From a virus, in IMG/VR virus record IMGVR_UViG_3300027852_000036: 64,000 nucleotides of DNA; one strand, 5' to 3'. Below, piece after piece: positions 27,051 through 35,658 of the stretch (its first letter is position 1; each line of letters starts with the position of its first letter). Below the pieces are notes generated by a model. That model searched no databases, had not been told where the DNA came from, and saw only the letters and a program-made list of their open reading frames with translations. Position numbers and translations under genes: made by a program.

Positions 27051-27437
27051 CTATCTAGTTGAGAATGGTTCTAGTATGTCCTGTAATTCTTGTAATAGTT
27101 TTGTTTGCTCTCGCTGTAGTTGGCTAAGCCTAACTACGATGTTCTCTCCTCTAGAGTAGTTTATTGATTCGGCCGATCTTATTAGGATATGGTCGTTGTC
27201 TTCTCCTACGAAGTATTTGCACGTTTCCTTGATTATTTCGTAGACTGTATCAGTATCATCTGATAGTTCCTGTAGTTGTGTAGCGATCTTTTCCTCACTG
27301 CTTGGTGAATGTAGCATATGTATAGCCATTATCGGCCAGAGTTTATAAATAAGCGCTAATCTCTCAGATACGTTGCCCACTCCTAGCTGTAGTGATAGTT
27401 CGTCTGATATGTGCTGAATTATTTGTTGGTTGTTCAT
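27051..27437 (-). CDS. Family C helical hypothetical protein
   Basis: KLWPIMAIH resembles SLWPAISDH of 26036; coiled-coil C-terminus. Confidence 0.65.
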   Translation of the reverse strand: MNNQQIIQHISDELSLQLGVGNVSERLALIYKLWPIMAIHMLHSPSSEEKIATQLQELSDDTDTVYEIIKETCKYFVGEDNDHILIRSAESINYSRGENIVVRLSQLQREQTKLLQELQDILEPFSTR

Positions 27438-27847
27438 AGTAGGCCTCTCAGCAAATCTATCTCGTCCTGAATGTGCTCTTGTTGCTGCCTTAAGTCTTCT
27501 ATTTGTCGAAGTACGTCATTCCGGTCAAAGAGTGCTAGGAGTTCATATAACGGGTGCTTAAAAGGTACTTCATAAAAGGTTAGTGTAGTTCTGATACATC
27601 TCTTGGCTATCTTTGCAGAAGTACCAGACTCCGCGAGAACCTCTAGTATATCCCTCTTTATTTGTTTAAGGTCGCGTTGCTTGGCTACATAACTACCATG
27701 AGCATCTGGCCCGATGTAGTTCCAAATCTCCGAAAGTGTGTGGATACTTTGTAGTATGATCTCCTCCCTAGTACTCTCCACACCTAAGGCGTATTTCCTA
27801 GTCGCAACCTTGAGAGCAATCTGTAATATGTCTTCTATTTGATCCAT
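27434..27847 (-). CDS. Family C hypothetical protein, paralog of 27952
   Basis: EIWNYIGPDAHGSY...KRC...FY...PLYELLALFD. Confidence 0.7.
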   Translation of the reverse strand: MDQIEDILQIALKVATRKYALGVESTREEIILQSIHTLSEIWNYIGPDAHGSYVAKQRDLKQIKRDILEVLAESGTSAKIAKRCIRTTLTFYEVPFKHPLYELLALFDRNDVLRQIEDLRQQQEHIQDEIDLLRGLL

Positions 27848-27951
27848 GGTTCATTGTTCCATTTAGATAAACTAAGCTTTTAGGCTTAGAACGATACTAG
27901 TAGCTTCTACACTCTAGGGCCTTTAGTCGTTTTCGTACCTCTTCCTGTTTA

Positions 27952-28494
27952 TCAAATTTGCCCCGCGTAACCATATAGACGCAAGGCCATAAAGCGTATA
28001 GGAGACCTAGCCGCTTTAGTGATTCTGCCCCCGTAGTCATCATCCATTGCTTGGCTGATATTAGCTATGGCAGCGCTTGCGATTTTATCAATAATCATAA
28101 TCCTTCCTTTAGTGTGTCTATCTCGTTTTGTAGAACTTGACGCCTGTATGTTAAATACTGTATTTTTTTTTACTAAGGTAACTTCTTTGTCAAATAGTGC
28201 CAGCACTCGGTACAGTGGATTACCTCTAGAAACAGCATAAAATTCTAATACCGCTTCGAGACACCTCTTAGTAGTGTTAGCTCCGTAGCCGTAAGATAGC
28301 AGGGCGCTGTGCGTACTGACTAAGTTCGTTCCAATATTATAACCACCATGAGCCTTTGGGCCAATGAGAGTCCACATCTCAGTAAGTGCCACTATGGTAC
28401 TTCCCAAGTTAGCTTCTCTGCTGCTACAGTATGTTGGATATTGTACCTTTACTAAACCCCGCGCAATCTCTACTATGTCTCGTGTGTTTTTCAT
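27952..28494 (-). CDS. Family C hypothetical protein, paralog of 27434
   Basis: EMWTLIGPKAHGGY...KRC...FY...PLYRVLALFD. Confidence 0.7.
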   Translation of the reverse strand: MKNTRDIVEIARGLVKVQYPTYCSSREANLGSTIVALTEMWTLIGPKAHGGYNIGTNLVSTHSALLSYGYGANTTKRCLEAVLEFYAVSRGNPLYRVLALFDKEVTLVKKNTVFNIQASSSTKRDRHTKGRIMIIDKIASAAIANISQAMDDDYGGRITKAARSPIRFMALRLYGYAGQI

Positions 28495-28793
28495 GCTGTT
28501 ACCCCCTCGAATTCTTCTTTAGTTAGTCGTTTACCTTTGATGTAGTACTCTACCGTACCGTCTGGATACTTAATAGCCGGGCCTTTTGTATTATGGTACT
28601 TGTCTTTGCGGAAGTACATCATAGTGTTATTGGCTAAGTAAACTGCTGGGCCTTCTTTTCTATCAAGTTTGTCTTTGCGAAACCAGTAGGTGTCTCCATT
28701 AGTCATTACAATAGCTGGGCCGCCTTTACGATGTCTCTTGTCTTTGTGGTACCAGAATGTACCAAACCTGTTCTCTACTACTGTATACTTCAT
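28491..28793 (-). CDS. Family B LHRxDGPA-repeat protein (3 repeats)
   Basis: HRKGGPAI, DRKEGPAV, HNTKGPAI; ends YYIKGKRLTKEEF. Confidence 0.75.
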   Translation of the reverse strand: MKYTVVENRFGTFWYHKDKRHRKGGPAIVMTNGDTYWFRKDKLDRKEGPAVYLANNTMMYFRKDKYHNTKGPAIKYPDGTVEYYIKGKRLTKEEFEGVTA

Positions 28794-28799
28794 TTTCTT

Positions 28800-28864
28800 T
28801 TCCTTTAATTCTCGATTTCAGAATATATTATACTCAATTAAGCTATGATTGTAAAGAATTAAAA
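28800..28864 (-). promoter_or_regulatory. Cassette copy 1: early promoter plus leader/RBS (no terminator)
   Basis: TTTACA (28855-28850)-N17-TATAAT (28832-28827), leader TGAAATCGAGAATTAAAGGAAAA. Confidence 0.9.
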
Positions 28865-28885
28865 TCATATTCACTTGTTTCTCCT

Positions 28886-29311
28886 TTAAATTATGTAGTC
28901 TTCAAATTCTTCTGAGTACGTGTAGGTTGCCTCTCGGCTAAAGAACCCTACGCTATCAAAGTCGTTGGGAACTCCTCGATCTAGCATATAAAGAATGCGC
29001 TTAGCAGCTCCGTGTGCCGTATCATCTACCTCCGACCAACTACTTGAGAAACACCACTCCCACTCTCGTGCGTATATACCTTTGATAAACACTCGCTCAG
29101 AGTAGTCAGGCCAGTACTCTCCTACCTCTATTGGAATTCCTGCGTAAGGCCCATGACCTACAGCACATGCCGTAGTTCCGCACTCATGTCTAGTGATGGG
29201 GGCGAATCTACTTTCTCTATCTTGACTGTAGTTATACATTCCGAAGTGACCATACCCTTCTGGTAGCCCGCTCAAATAGTAAGCTAATGTCGTAAGATTT
29301 TCAATGTTCAT
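28886..29311 (-). CDS. Family A protein, tandem copy 1
   Basis: 141 aa; CGTTACAVGHGPYAGIP; AAGGAG RBS. Confidence 0.8.
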   Translation of the reverse strand: MNIENLTTLAYYLSGLPEGYGHFGMYNYSQDRESRFAPITRHECGTTACAVGHGPYAGIPIEVGEYWPDYSERVFIKGIYAREWEWCFSSSWSEVDDTAHGAAKRILYMLDRGVPNDFDSVGFFSREATYTYSEEFEDYII

Positions 29312-29322
29312 TTGTTTCTCCT

Positions 29323-29748
29323 TTAAATTATGTAGTCTTCAAATTCTTCTGAGTACGTGTAGGTTGCCTCTAGTCCAGAGAACTCTCCGCCCTCAAAGTC
29401 GTTGGGAACTCCTCGATCTAGCATATAAAGAATGCGTTTAGCAGCCCCGTGTGCCGTATCATCTACCCCTACCCAACTACCAGAAAAACACCACTTCCAC
29501 TGTCGTGTATATCGGTCTTTAATAAACACTCGCTCAGAGTAGTCAGACCAGCGCTCTCCTTTGTTTATTGGAATTCCTGCGTAAGGCCCATGACCTACAG
29601 CACATGCCGTAGTTCCGCACTTGTATCTAGTGATGGAGTCGAATCTACTTTCTCTATCTTGATTGTAGCTATACATTCCGAAGTGACCATACCCTTCTGG
29701 TAGCCCGCTCAAATAGTAAGCTAATGTCGTAAGATTTTCAATGTTCAT
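29323..29748 (-). CDS. Family A protein, tandem copy 2
   Basis: 141 aa; 116/141 identical to copy 1. Confidence 0.8.
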   Translation of the reverse strand: MNIENLTTLAYYLSGLPEGYGHFGMYSYNQDRESRFDSITRYKCGTTACAVGHGPYAGIPINKGERWSDYSERVFIKDRYTRQWKWCFSGSWVGVDDTAHGAAKRILYMLDRGVPNDFEGGEFSGLEATYTYSEEFEDYII

Positions 29749-29975
29749 TCCGTCTCCTCCAGGAATTTAGCAATGTGGTCTAGGGACAGGCCTTCGTCGT
29801 CCTTCCTAATTACGATGCCGTTCTCTAGCTGTACTTGATCGCCTCCCTCAAAACCGTAAAATACGTCCCAATCTATGTATCCTTCCATATCTTCGATAGG
29901 TAGGAACATTAGCCCATCTGGTAAACTGTCCGAATAATCAGCTAATATTCTCAAGTTCTGTCTGTGTAGTTTCAC
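29745..29975 (-). CDS. Acidic hypothetical protein with a family A-like N-terminus
   Basis: NLRILADYSDSLPDG resembles NLxxLAxYLxxLPEG. Confidence 0.6.
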   Translation of the reverse strand: MKLHRQNLRILADYSDSLPDGLMFLPIEDMEGYIDWDVFYGFEGGDQVQLENGIVIRKDDEGLSLDHIAKFLEETE

Positions 29976-29980
29976 TTGTT

Positions 29981-30071
29981 TTTCCTTTAATTCTCGATTT
30001 CAGAATATATTATACTCAATTAAGCTGTGATTGTAAAGAATTAAAACACAAAAAACCCGCAATTAAGCGGG
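29981..30071 (-). promoter_or_regulatory. Cassette copy 2: terminator + early promoter + RBS
   Basis: CCCGCTTAATTGCGGG-TTTTTT, then TTTACA-N17-TATAAT and AAGGAAAA. Confidence 0.9.
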
Positions 30072-30656
30072 TTTGACTCTATTAAATTCTTTTTCTGTGT
30101 AGTGGTTTCCTTGTAAATACCAGTATAAATTACCGGAGTTTGTACTTACTGCTGGGCCATCTGTTCGGTGTATCAAACCTTTTCTATAGTACATAAAACC
30201 TCCGCCCTTATAGGTTACAGCAGGGCCGTATGCGCAATGTATTTTACCTTTCCTATAGCGGTAGCACGCTCCTTGTGGGTTAAAGATAGCGGGGCCTTTC
30301 TTACGGTGCAGTTTGCCCTTACGGTAGTATCTCTCGTATCCACTAGTCTGAACAACCGCAGGACCGTCCTTACGGTGTAGCTTACCCTTACGATAGTACT
30401 TAACGTACTCGCCTGTGCAAACAGCTGAGCCACCTTTGCGATGCAATCTATCATCCTTATACCAAGCATAAGCTCCGCTAGGATACTCTATCGCAGGCCC
30501 ATCTAGGCGGTGCAGTTTTCCATACTTATACCAATACTTTATCCCATCAGCTGTAATTACAGCAGGGCCATTCGGATTATGTAATACACCTTTTAGCATC
30601 CATTTAACGCTACCATCGTTACCGACCTTTACAGTGTACTCATCGTATGTAGTCAC
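30063..30656 (-). CDS. Family B LHRxDGPA-repeat protein (7 repeats)
   Basis: About 23-aa repeats; ends WYLQGNHYTEKEF. Confidence 0.75.
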   Translation of the reverse strand: MTTYDEYTVKVGNDGSVKWMLKGVLHNPNGPAVITADGIKYWYKYGKLHRLDGPAIEYPSGAYAWYKDDRLHRKGGSAVCTGEYVKYYRKGKLHRKDGPAVVQTSGYERYYRKGKLHRKKGPAIFNPQGACYRYRKGKIHCAYGPAVTYKGGGFMYYRKGLIHRTDGPAVSTNSGNLYWYLQGNHYTEKEFNRVKPA

Positions 30657-30901
30657 TTTGAGCCTCTATATATGTTAATACTATTGTCTGCACTAGCTTC
30701 TAGATCTTCTAGCCGTGTTACAAGTCCCAGAGTCACGCCACAGTCTAAGGCGTATAGTTCATGCACTACAGCTAGAGCCCTTACCAAGGCGTCTGTAGTA
30801 TCTTGGTCACTAGCTAGACCTAGTGACCCCTTAAGTCCCTGCAAAGATGTGTTATCTTTTAACTTTGCGCATACTGCTTCTGCAATATCAAGTCTGTTCA
30901 T
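30653..30901 (-). CDS. Hypothetical protein
   Basis: 82 aa, first gene after cassette 3. Confidence 0.6.
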   Translation of the reverse strand: MNRLDIAEAVCAKLKDNTSLQGLKGSLGLASDQDTTDALVRALAVVHELYALDCGVTLGLVTRLEDLEASADNSINIYRGSK

Positions 30902-30907
30902 TTACTT

Positions 30908-30998
30908 TTTCCTTTAATTCTCGATTTCAGAATATATTATACTCAATTAAGTTGTGATTGTAAAGAATTAAAACACAAAAAACCCGCAATTAAGCGGG
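30908..30998 (-). promoter_or_regulatory. Cassette copy 3: terminator + early promoter + RBS
   Basis: Near-identical to copy 2. Confidence 0.9.
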
Positions 30999-31289
30999 GT
31001 ATTTTTGATAGAACTCTTCTTTTGTGTATTGCTTATCTTCAACCCAATACTCTTCTACATTTGGCCCTTTAACAGCTGGGCCGTCTAGCCTATGTAGTTG
31101 GTCGTGCATCAACCACATCTTCGTACCATCTGCTAGAACAATGGCTGCCCCTTCGGGGTTATGCTTCTTCCCGTTAAGGAACCAATACTTAGAACCACTA
31201 TTCGTTACAGCGGCAGGCCCGCCCTTTCGATGCAGTTGGTTTTGCTTATTGAGCCAGAAAGTGCCATTGGCCTTACGCCTCTTAGCCAC
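30990..31289 (-). CDS. Family B LHRxDGPA-repeat protein (3 repeats)
   Basis: LHRKGGPAA, HNPEGAAI, LHRLDGPAV. Confidence 0.75.
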   Translation of the reverse strand: MAKRRKANGTFWLNKQNQLHRKGGPAAVTNSGSKYWFLNGKKHNPEGAAIVLADGTKMWLMHDQLHRLDGPAVKGPNVEEYWVEDKQYTKEEFYQKYPA

Positions 31290-31427
31290 CTAGAGTGCTC
31301 CCATTTCTTTTATCAACTTATCCTGTTTTTTAATATGCTCCCTCTGACTCTGTACTAACTGTATCAGTGATACTATCAGCGGACTAGCCGTATGTCTCTT
31401 TAGCAACCTTTCTAGTAAATTATCCAT
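31290..31427 (-). CDS. Small coiled-coil hypothetical protein
   Basis: Likely start MDNLLERL at 31427, coupled to the upstream ORF. Confidence 0.5.
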   Translation of the reverse strand: MDNLLERLLKRHTASPLIVSLIQLVQSQREHIKKQDKLIKEMGAL

Positions 31428-31593
31428 TGCACAACTCCAGCTCTGATAACCACTCCGATAATAAGTACTCAAGTTCTTCCACTACTATAGAGGTCTCACA
31501 CAGCTCCTCCTCTAGTTGCGTCCTACGCCTAGTCTGCGACTCAATATCTTCAATTAACTTAGTTACTTTAATTTCTATCTGTTCCCTATTCAT
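31420..31593 (-). CDS. Small acidic coiled-coil protein (57 aa), not in the ORF track
   Basis: Hand-translated MNREQIEIKVTKLIEDIESQ...LELCNG; its ATG overlaps the upstream stop. Confidence 0.55.
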   Translation of the reverse strand: MNREQIEIKVTKLIEDIESQTRRRTQLEEELCETSIVVEELEYLLSEWLSELELCNG

Positions 31594-32069
31594 GCTAGAT
31601 TGCCTTTGCTTGTATAAACGCGACCATACGCGATTTTGTAATGTGAATCAATGTCCTCAAAGTCTTCAGGATACTGGTATTTTGAAAAACTTAAATCATC
31701 CTCTAGGAAGTTCGCTGGAATGCCTTTAACGACCATGTACAGAATGCGCTTAGCTGCCCCGTGCGGAGTATCGTCTATACTGGCCCATCCTGGGGAAAAA
31801 CACCACTCCCATTCAGGAGATAAGCTATAGCTAATGAAATTCCTAGCTGAGTATATGATCCAAGGCTCGTCTGGTTTTGAGGGGATGCCTGCAAAAGGCC
31901 CATGCCCGATAGCGTCCCCACACGTACCATAAAACTCATCTAGACTAGCTGGGCAGTATTCCTTGAAAGCTGGGTGACTATTGTAGCAAGACATGTCAAA
32001 GTACATACATGCGTCATCTAGCTTCAGTAAGTAGTTTGCTAGTTTTAGTAAGTTATGTTCGTTAACCAT
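31590..32069 (-). CDS. Family A protein
   Basis: NLLKLANYLLKL...FDMSCY...CGDAIGHGPFAGIP...WCFSPGWASIDDTPHGAAKRI. Confidence 0.75.
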   Translation of the reverse strand: MVNEHNLLKLANYLLKLDDACMYFDMSCYNSHPAFKEYCPASLDEFYGTCGDAIGHGPFAGIPSKPDEPWIIYSARNFISYSLSPEWEWCFSPGWASIDDTPHGAAKRILYMVVKGIPANFLEDDLSFSKYQYPEDFEDIDSHYKIAYGRVYTSKGNLA

Positions 32070-32446
32070 CGTGTTCTCCCTAAGTCCTTTCTGTAGAAAA
32101 TACGAATCTTTATCTCGTATATAAGCCTACAACTCTCTACTCCGTTTAAGAAATACCTAGCCGGTGCCGCATTGGTGCGGGGAATAGCCGGGCCACCTAC
32201 TCTATGTAGTAATCCCTCCCTATACCACATAGTATCTCCATGTATATTAGTAACAGCCGGCCCCTCTACCCTATGTAGCCTACCTTTGTGATACCACTCC
32301 TCTACCTCTATACTAACTACCGCAGGGCCGTCATCTCTGTGAAGCCTGCCGCCTAGGTAGTGTCTATCACAACTATACTTACCTGCTTCGTCTCGCAACA
32401 CTTCCGCCCTAGAACCTAAAGATTCGTCTATTTCACTAGTGGTCAT
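32045..32446 (-). CDS. Family B LHRxDGPA-repeat protein (3 repeats)
   Basis: LHRDDGPAV, LHRVEGPAV, LHRVGGPAI. Confidence 0.75.
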   Translation of the reverse strand: MTTSEIDESLGSRAEVLRDEAGKYSCDRHYLGGRLHRDDGPAVVSIEVEEWYHKGRLHRVEGPAVTNIHGDTMWYREGLLHRVGGPAIPRTNAAPARYFLNGVESCRLIYEIKIRIFYRKDLGRTRWLTNITY

Positions 32447-32868
32447 TGTGAGCCCCTAGAGCAGATTACCATATCATCACCTACGAAACGAACTCGAACT
32501 CTTGGTTTGCTGGCACGCTTGAAATCTTCTTCAGTGTACCTAACGCCCCTTATATAGTAACGTTCGTGACCATTAAAGCTGCAAGCTGGGCCATCTAGTC
32601 GATGGCGAAGTCCGTCCTCTATATAGGAGAAACTACCATGAGGAGATTCAACCGCTGGGCCACCTATTCGATGAGCGACATCTTTGTAGTACCACTCTGT
32701 AACCCCTCCAACATACTCAACTGCTGGGCCACCTGCTCTGCTAAGCTGACCGTGGATATAATACTTCCTAGTACCTTGTGAAGTAATATAGGCCGGCCCA
32801 TCTGGGTTATGTAGCCTACCTTCATCATCGTACCATCTGATACCGTATACATCATTAACTATCTTCAT
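32443..32868 (-). CDS. Family B LHRxDGPA-repeat protein (4 repeats)
   Basis: LHNPDGPAY, LSRAGGPAV, HRIGGPAV, HRLDGPAC. Confidence 0.75.
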   Translation of the reverse strand: MKIVNDVYGIRWYDDEGRLHNPDGPAYITSQGTRKYYIHGQLSRAGGPAVEYVGGVTEWYYKDVAHRIGGPAVESPHGSFSYIEDGLRHRLDGPACSFNGHERYYIRGVRYTEEDFKRASKPRVRVRFVGDDMVICSRGSQ

Positions 32869-33260
32869 TTTTGTAGGGCTCCTAATATTTCTACGAAAGT
32901 GTTCAAGTCCTTTTCTTCCCTAATTTTCCTCTTAGCATTTTTTTGCTCATTATGCCTCTTGCTCAGCTCGTCCCACACACTAGTAGATGCGTTCTCACAG
33001 AATCCTGTTGAGCTACTTCTCAGAATTGCCGCTTGCGTATTAGCGTACCAGAAGTCTATAGTACAGGTGCTATACTTAACCTCACATATAGGAGGCGGAC
33101 AAGGTGTTCTACCTCCTGAGCTCCGCTTAATTGCCGCTAAAGTGTATTCTCCTCCAATGTCGATTACTAGTACTGAGCTATTGGGACGAAAGACCTCTTC
33201 TGAGCTACGTACTAGCTTCAACACACTAAATAGTGCTACTGTTACATCTGATTGATTCAT
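32865..33260 (-). CDS. Family D hypothetical protein
   Basis: LxLxxSSEEVxxP...VLVI...LAAI...DFWY shared with the two adjacent ORFs. Confidence 0.7.
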   Translation of the reverse strand: MNQSDVTVALFSVLKLVRSSEEVFRPNSSVLVIDIGGEYTLAAIKRSSGGRTPCPPPICEVKYSTCTIDFWYANTQAAILRSSSTGFCENASTSVWDELSKRHNEQKNAKRKIREEKDLNTFVEILGALQK

Positions 33261-33261
33261 T

Positions 33262-33678
33262 CTAGTAACCTCTTATAATCATTGATAAGTTGCGAAGGTT
33301 TTCTTCTTGCTCCTTCCTGTTTTTAGCGGCAATTAAGTCCTTTTTTCGACCTGAAAATGCCTTACCTATAACTCTGGAGTCGCCCTTATTAAACCCTGCT
33401 GACTTGCTCTGTATTGCTGCAGTAGTACAGTGGTAATACCAGAAGTCTAAGCTATCTGTGCTGCGTACTATACGATACTCGTTGCGACTGGGACTGCCTC
33501 TATTAATAGTAGTAATAGCCGCTAGAACATGGCTGCGGTCTAGTTGGATGACTAATACGCCTGCCTTAGGGCTCAACACTTCTTCCGAACTACTTATCAA
33601 CTGTAAAACCTCGTCCCTTAACTCTTTTGAATAAGATTGTTTCATTTGAATATCCTGTAAGTTGTGTTCGTCAATCAT
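33262..33678 (-). CDS. Family D hypothetical protein
   Basis: QSYSKELRDEVLQLISSSEEVLSP; ends RGY. Confidence 0.7.
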   Translation of the reverse strand: MIDEHNLQDIQMKQSYSKELRDEVLQLISSSEEVLSPKAGVLVIQLDRSHVLAAITTINRGSPSRNEYRIVRSTDSLDFWYYHCTTAAIQSKSAGFNKGDSRVIGKAFSGRKKDLIAAKNRKEQEENLRNLSMIIRGY

Positions 33679-33679
33679 T

Positions 33680-34051
33680 CTAGTAACCTCTCAAAGTGTC
33701 TGAAAATAGGCGAAGACTCGACTCTCGATCCTTTTCGTTTTTTTCGGCAGCTAAGTACTTTCTTCTGTATAAAAGCGCTTTACCTATACATAGAGAGTCG
33801 CCTGTATCAAACCCTGTCAACTCGCTATTACCTAGTGCATCATCCAATTTACACTCCCAGAAGTCTAAACTATCAGGACTATATACGATTTTGAAGCTAT
33901 CTGAAAAATAAGCACAGCGTATAGCTGCTAAAGTGAGTTCACCACTTAGTTTGATGACAAATACCCTCGCTCTAGGACTAAGAACCTTTTCCGCGCTACT
34001 TATCAACTGCAAAACCTCGTCCCTTAACTCTTTTGAATAAGATTGATTCAT
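33680..34051 (-). CDS. Family D hypothetical protein
   Basis: MNQSYSKELRDEVLQLISSAEKVLSP; ends DTLRGY. Confidence 0.7.
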   Translation of the reverse strand: MNQSYSKELRDEVLQLISSAEKVLSPRARVFVIKLSGELTLAAIRCAYFSDSFKIVYSPDSLDFWECKLDDALGNSELTGFDTGDSLCIGKALLYRRKYLAAEKNEKDRESSLRLFSDTLRGY

Positions 34052-34052
34052 T

Positions 34053-34478
34053 CTAGTAACCCCTCAAAGTGTCGCCATCTGTGTAAATACTTTTCTCGTA
34101 ACTGCGGTATTGTTTGAAATACGCTGGAACTCCGCGATCTAACATATACTGAATTCGTTTAGCTGCCCCGTGAGGAGTATTGTCTACTTTAGCCCAGGTA
34201 GCAGAGAAACACCATACCCACTCATCTGATCCTCTGTCTGTGACAAAACATCTACTAGAGTAGTCTTCGAAATCTTCTCCGTCATGTAGTGGAATCCCGG
34301 CGTAAGGGCCATGACCTACCGCGCAGGCGGCTGTTCGGCAATGGCCGTATGTTTCAACTGTATCGCCTGACATATCGTCATCATTGAATACGCTCATTTC
34401 AAAGTGTTCGTAGTCTTCTGGAAGTTCGCTAAGGTAGCGAACTAATGTCTTTAGGTTGGCTGTTTGTAGGTTAGTCAT
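34053..34478 (-). CDS. Family A protein
   Basis: CRTAACAVGHGPYAGIP...WCFSATWAKVDNTPHGAAKRI; ends DTLRGY. Confidence 0.75.
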   Translation of the reverse strand: MTNLQTANLKTLVRYLSELPEDYEHFEMSVFNDDDMSGDTVETYGHCRTAACAVGHGPYAGIPLHDGEDFEDYSSRCFVTDRGSDEWVWCFSATWAKVDNTPHGAAKRIQYMLDRGVPAYFKQYRSYEKSIYTDGDTLRGY

Positions 34479-34483
34479 TTGAT

Positions 34484-34573
34484 TTTCCTTTAATTCTCGA
34501 TTTCAGAATATATTATACTCAATTAAGCTGTGATTGTAAAGAATTAAAACACAAAAACCCGCAATTAAGCGGG
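34484..34573 (-). promoter_or_regulatory. Cassette copy 4: terminator + early promoter + RBS
   Basis: Near-identical to copy 2. Confidence 0.9.
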
Positions 34574-34579
34574 TTATAA

Positions 34580-35026
34580 TTACCACCACAGGTTCTGGAA
34601 GTATTTGCCAAACATATCAAAGCCGTACTGAACCTGTTCCCGAAAATCATCCACCCTAGCCTTGTATGCCCCATACTCCTCTTCATCTGTAACTTCTAGC
34701 TTCATTGAGGTACTTCCACAGTCTAATAAAGTCTCTGTAGACTCTAGTAATCCCTCAGGTAGTTCCTCCTCCCTAGTTTTCGGATTAAATGAGAAGATCA
34801 TAGCATCTAGGATCTCATGCCACTCCTTAAGGCCCCTAGCATGAATCTCTGGGTCACTTTTTGTAGGGTCTTCTAGCAGGCATCCTGGGAAGCCCCCACA
34901 GTTATCGTCACTAAGTAGTGCCTCTTTGAATTTGACTAGTCCTGCATAGATGATCGGCTTGAGCGTCTCATCTAGGCTGAAGGTGTCTTTGTAGTTAAAA
35001 ATAGGTTTCTTACCTTTGAATCTCAT
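34580..35026 (-). CDS. Conserved phage-type hypothetical protein
   Basis: 148 aa; sole gene between cassettes 5 and 4; WHEILDAMIFSF...GFDMFGKYFQNLWW. Confidence 0.7.
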   Translation of the reverse strand: MRFKGKKPIFNYKDTFSLDETLKPIIYAGLVKFKEALLSDDNCGGFPGCLLEDPTKSDPEIHARGLKEWHEILDAMIFSFNPKTREEELPEGLLESTETLLDCGSTSMKLEVTDEEEYGAYKARVDDFREQVQYGFDMFGKYFQNLWW

Positions 35027-35029
35027 TGT

Positions 35030-35112
35030 TTTTCCTCGATTTCAGAATATATTATACTAAATTAAGCTGTGATTGTAAAGAATTAAAACACAAAAACCCG
35101 CAATTAAGCGGG
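35030..35112 (-). promoter_or_regulatory. Cassette copy 5: terminator + early promoter + RBS
   Basis: Same elements with a shortened leader (GAAATCGAGGAAAAAC). Confidence 0.9.
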
Positions 35113-35118
35113 TTATTT

Positions 35119-35658
35119 TTAAAGCTGAATCCATCTACCTTTATTGGTATATACCGCATGTAGGTCTGAAGCCCTACCGCAGTGATCTACGAGTTGGAAC
35201 ATAGACATATTCCAGCCTTTAGCCACCCTCGTTATGAACTTCTTAAGTACGTCACCCGATACGTCTTTACCTTCTTGGTGGTACCTTATCAACATATTCA
35301 TGTTAGAGCACTCGCCAGCATGTCTAGACGTATTTATCCGGTCAGACTCAATCTGGTAGTCCTGAAGGGTTCTGTCAGATTTAAGAATGTTCACACACCC
35401 TGAGTACATAGTTCGTATATTGGAGTAGGACTGAACCCCTCGCCACACTAGGAACCCAGTGATAGTGTCCCTAGCGGTATGGTCTTCTCTGCCCATCTCT
35501 ATAAACTCTACTAGGTTATTACACACTCCAGACAGGTGAGCCCTAGGTAAAGTCTCTAAGGTATCTGCATTAGGTAAATCCTTTAAGGTACTAGATTCCG
35601 CCCTATATACTGTTGCTATTAATAGCACTGAAATGATTATAACTGCTAGTTTACGCAT
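35119..35658 (-). CDS. Putative exported protein with two related Cys-containing halves
   Basis: Signal-like MRKLAVIIISVLLIATVYRA; HLSGVCNNL and HAGECSNM segments. Confidence 0.6.
   Translation of the reverse strand: MRKLAVIIISVLLIATVYRAESSTLKDLPNADTLETLPRAHLSGVCNNLVEFIEMGREDHTARDTITGFLVWRGVQSYSNIRTMYSGCVNILKSDRTLQDYQIESDRINTSRHAGECSNMNMLIRYHQEGKDVSGDVLKKFITRVAKGWNMSMFQLVDHCGRASDLHAVYTNKGRWIQL

Noticed and set aside
28886-29748. Diversity-generating retroelement (TR/VR pair)
   Set aside because: Differences are not adenine-specific, both copies are intact expressed-looking genes, and no reverse transcriptase is present in the window.
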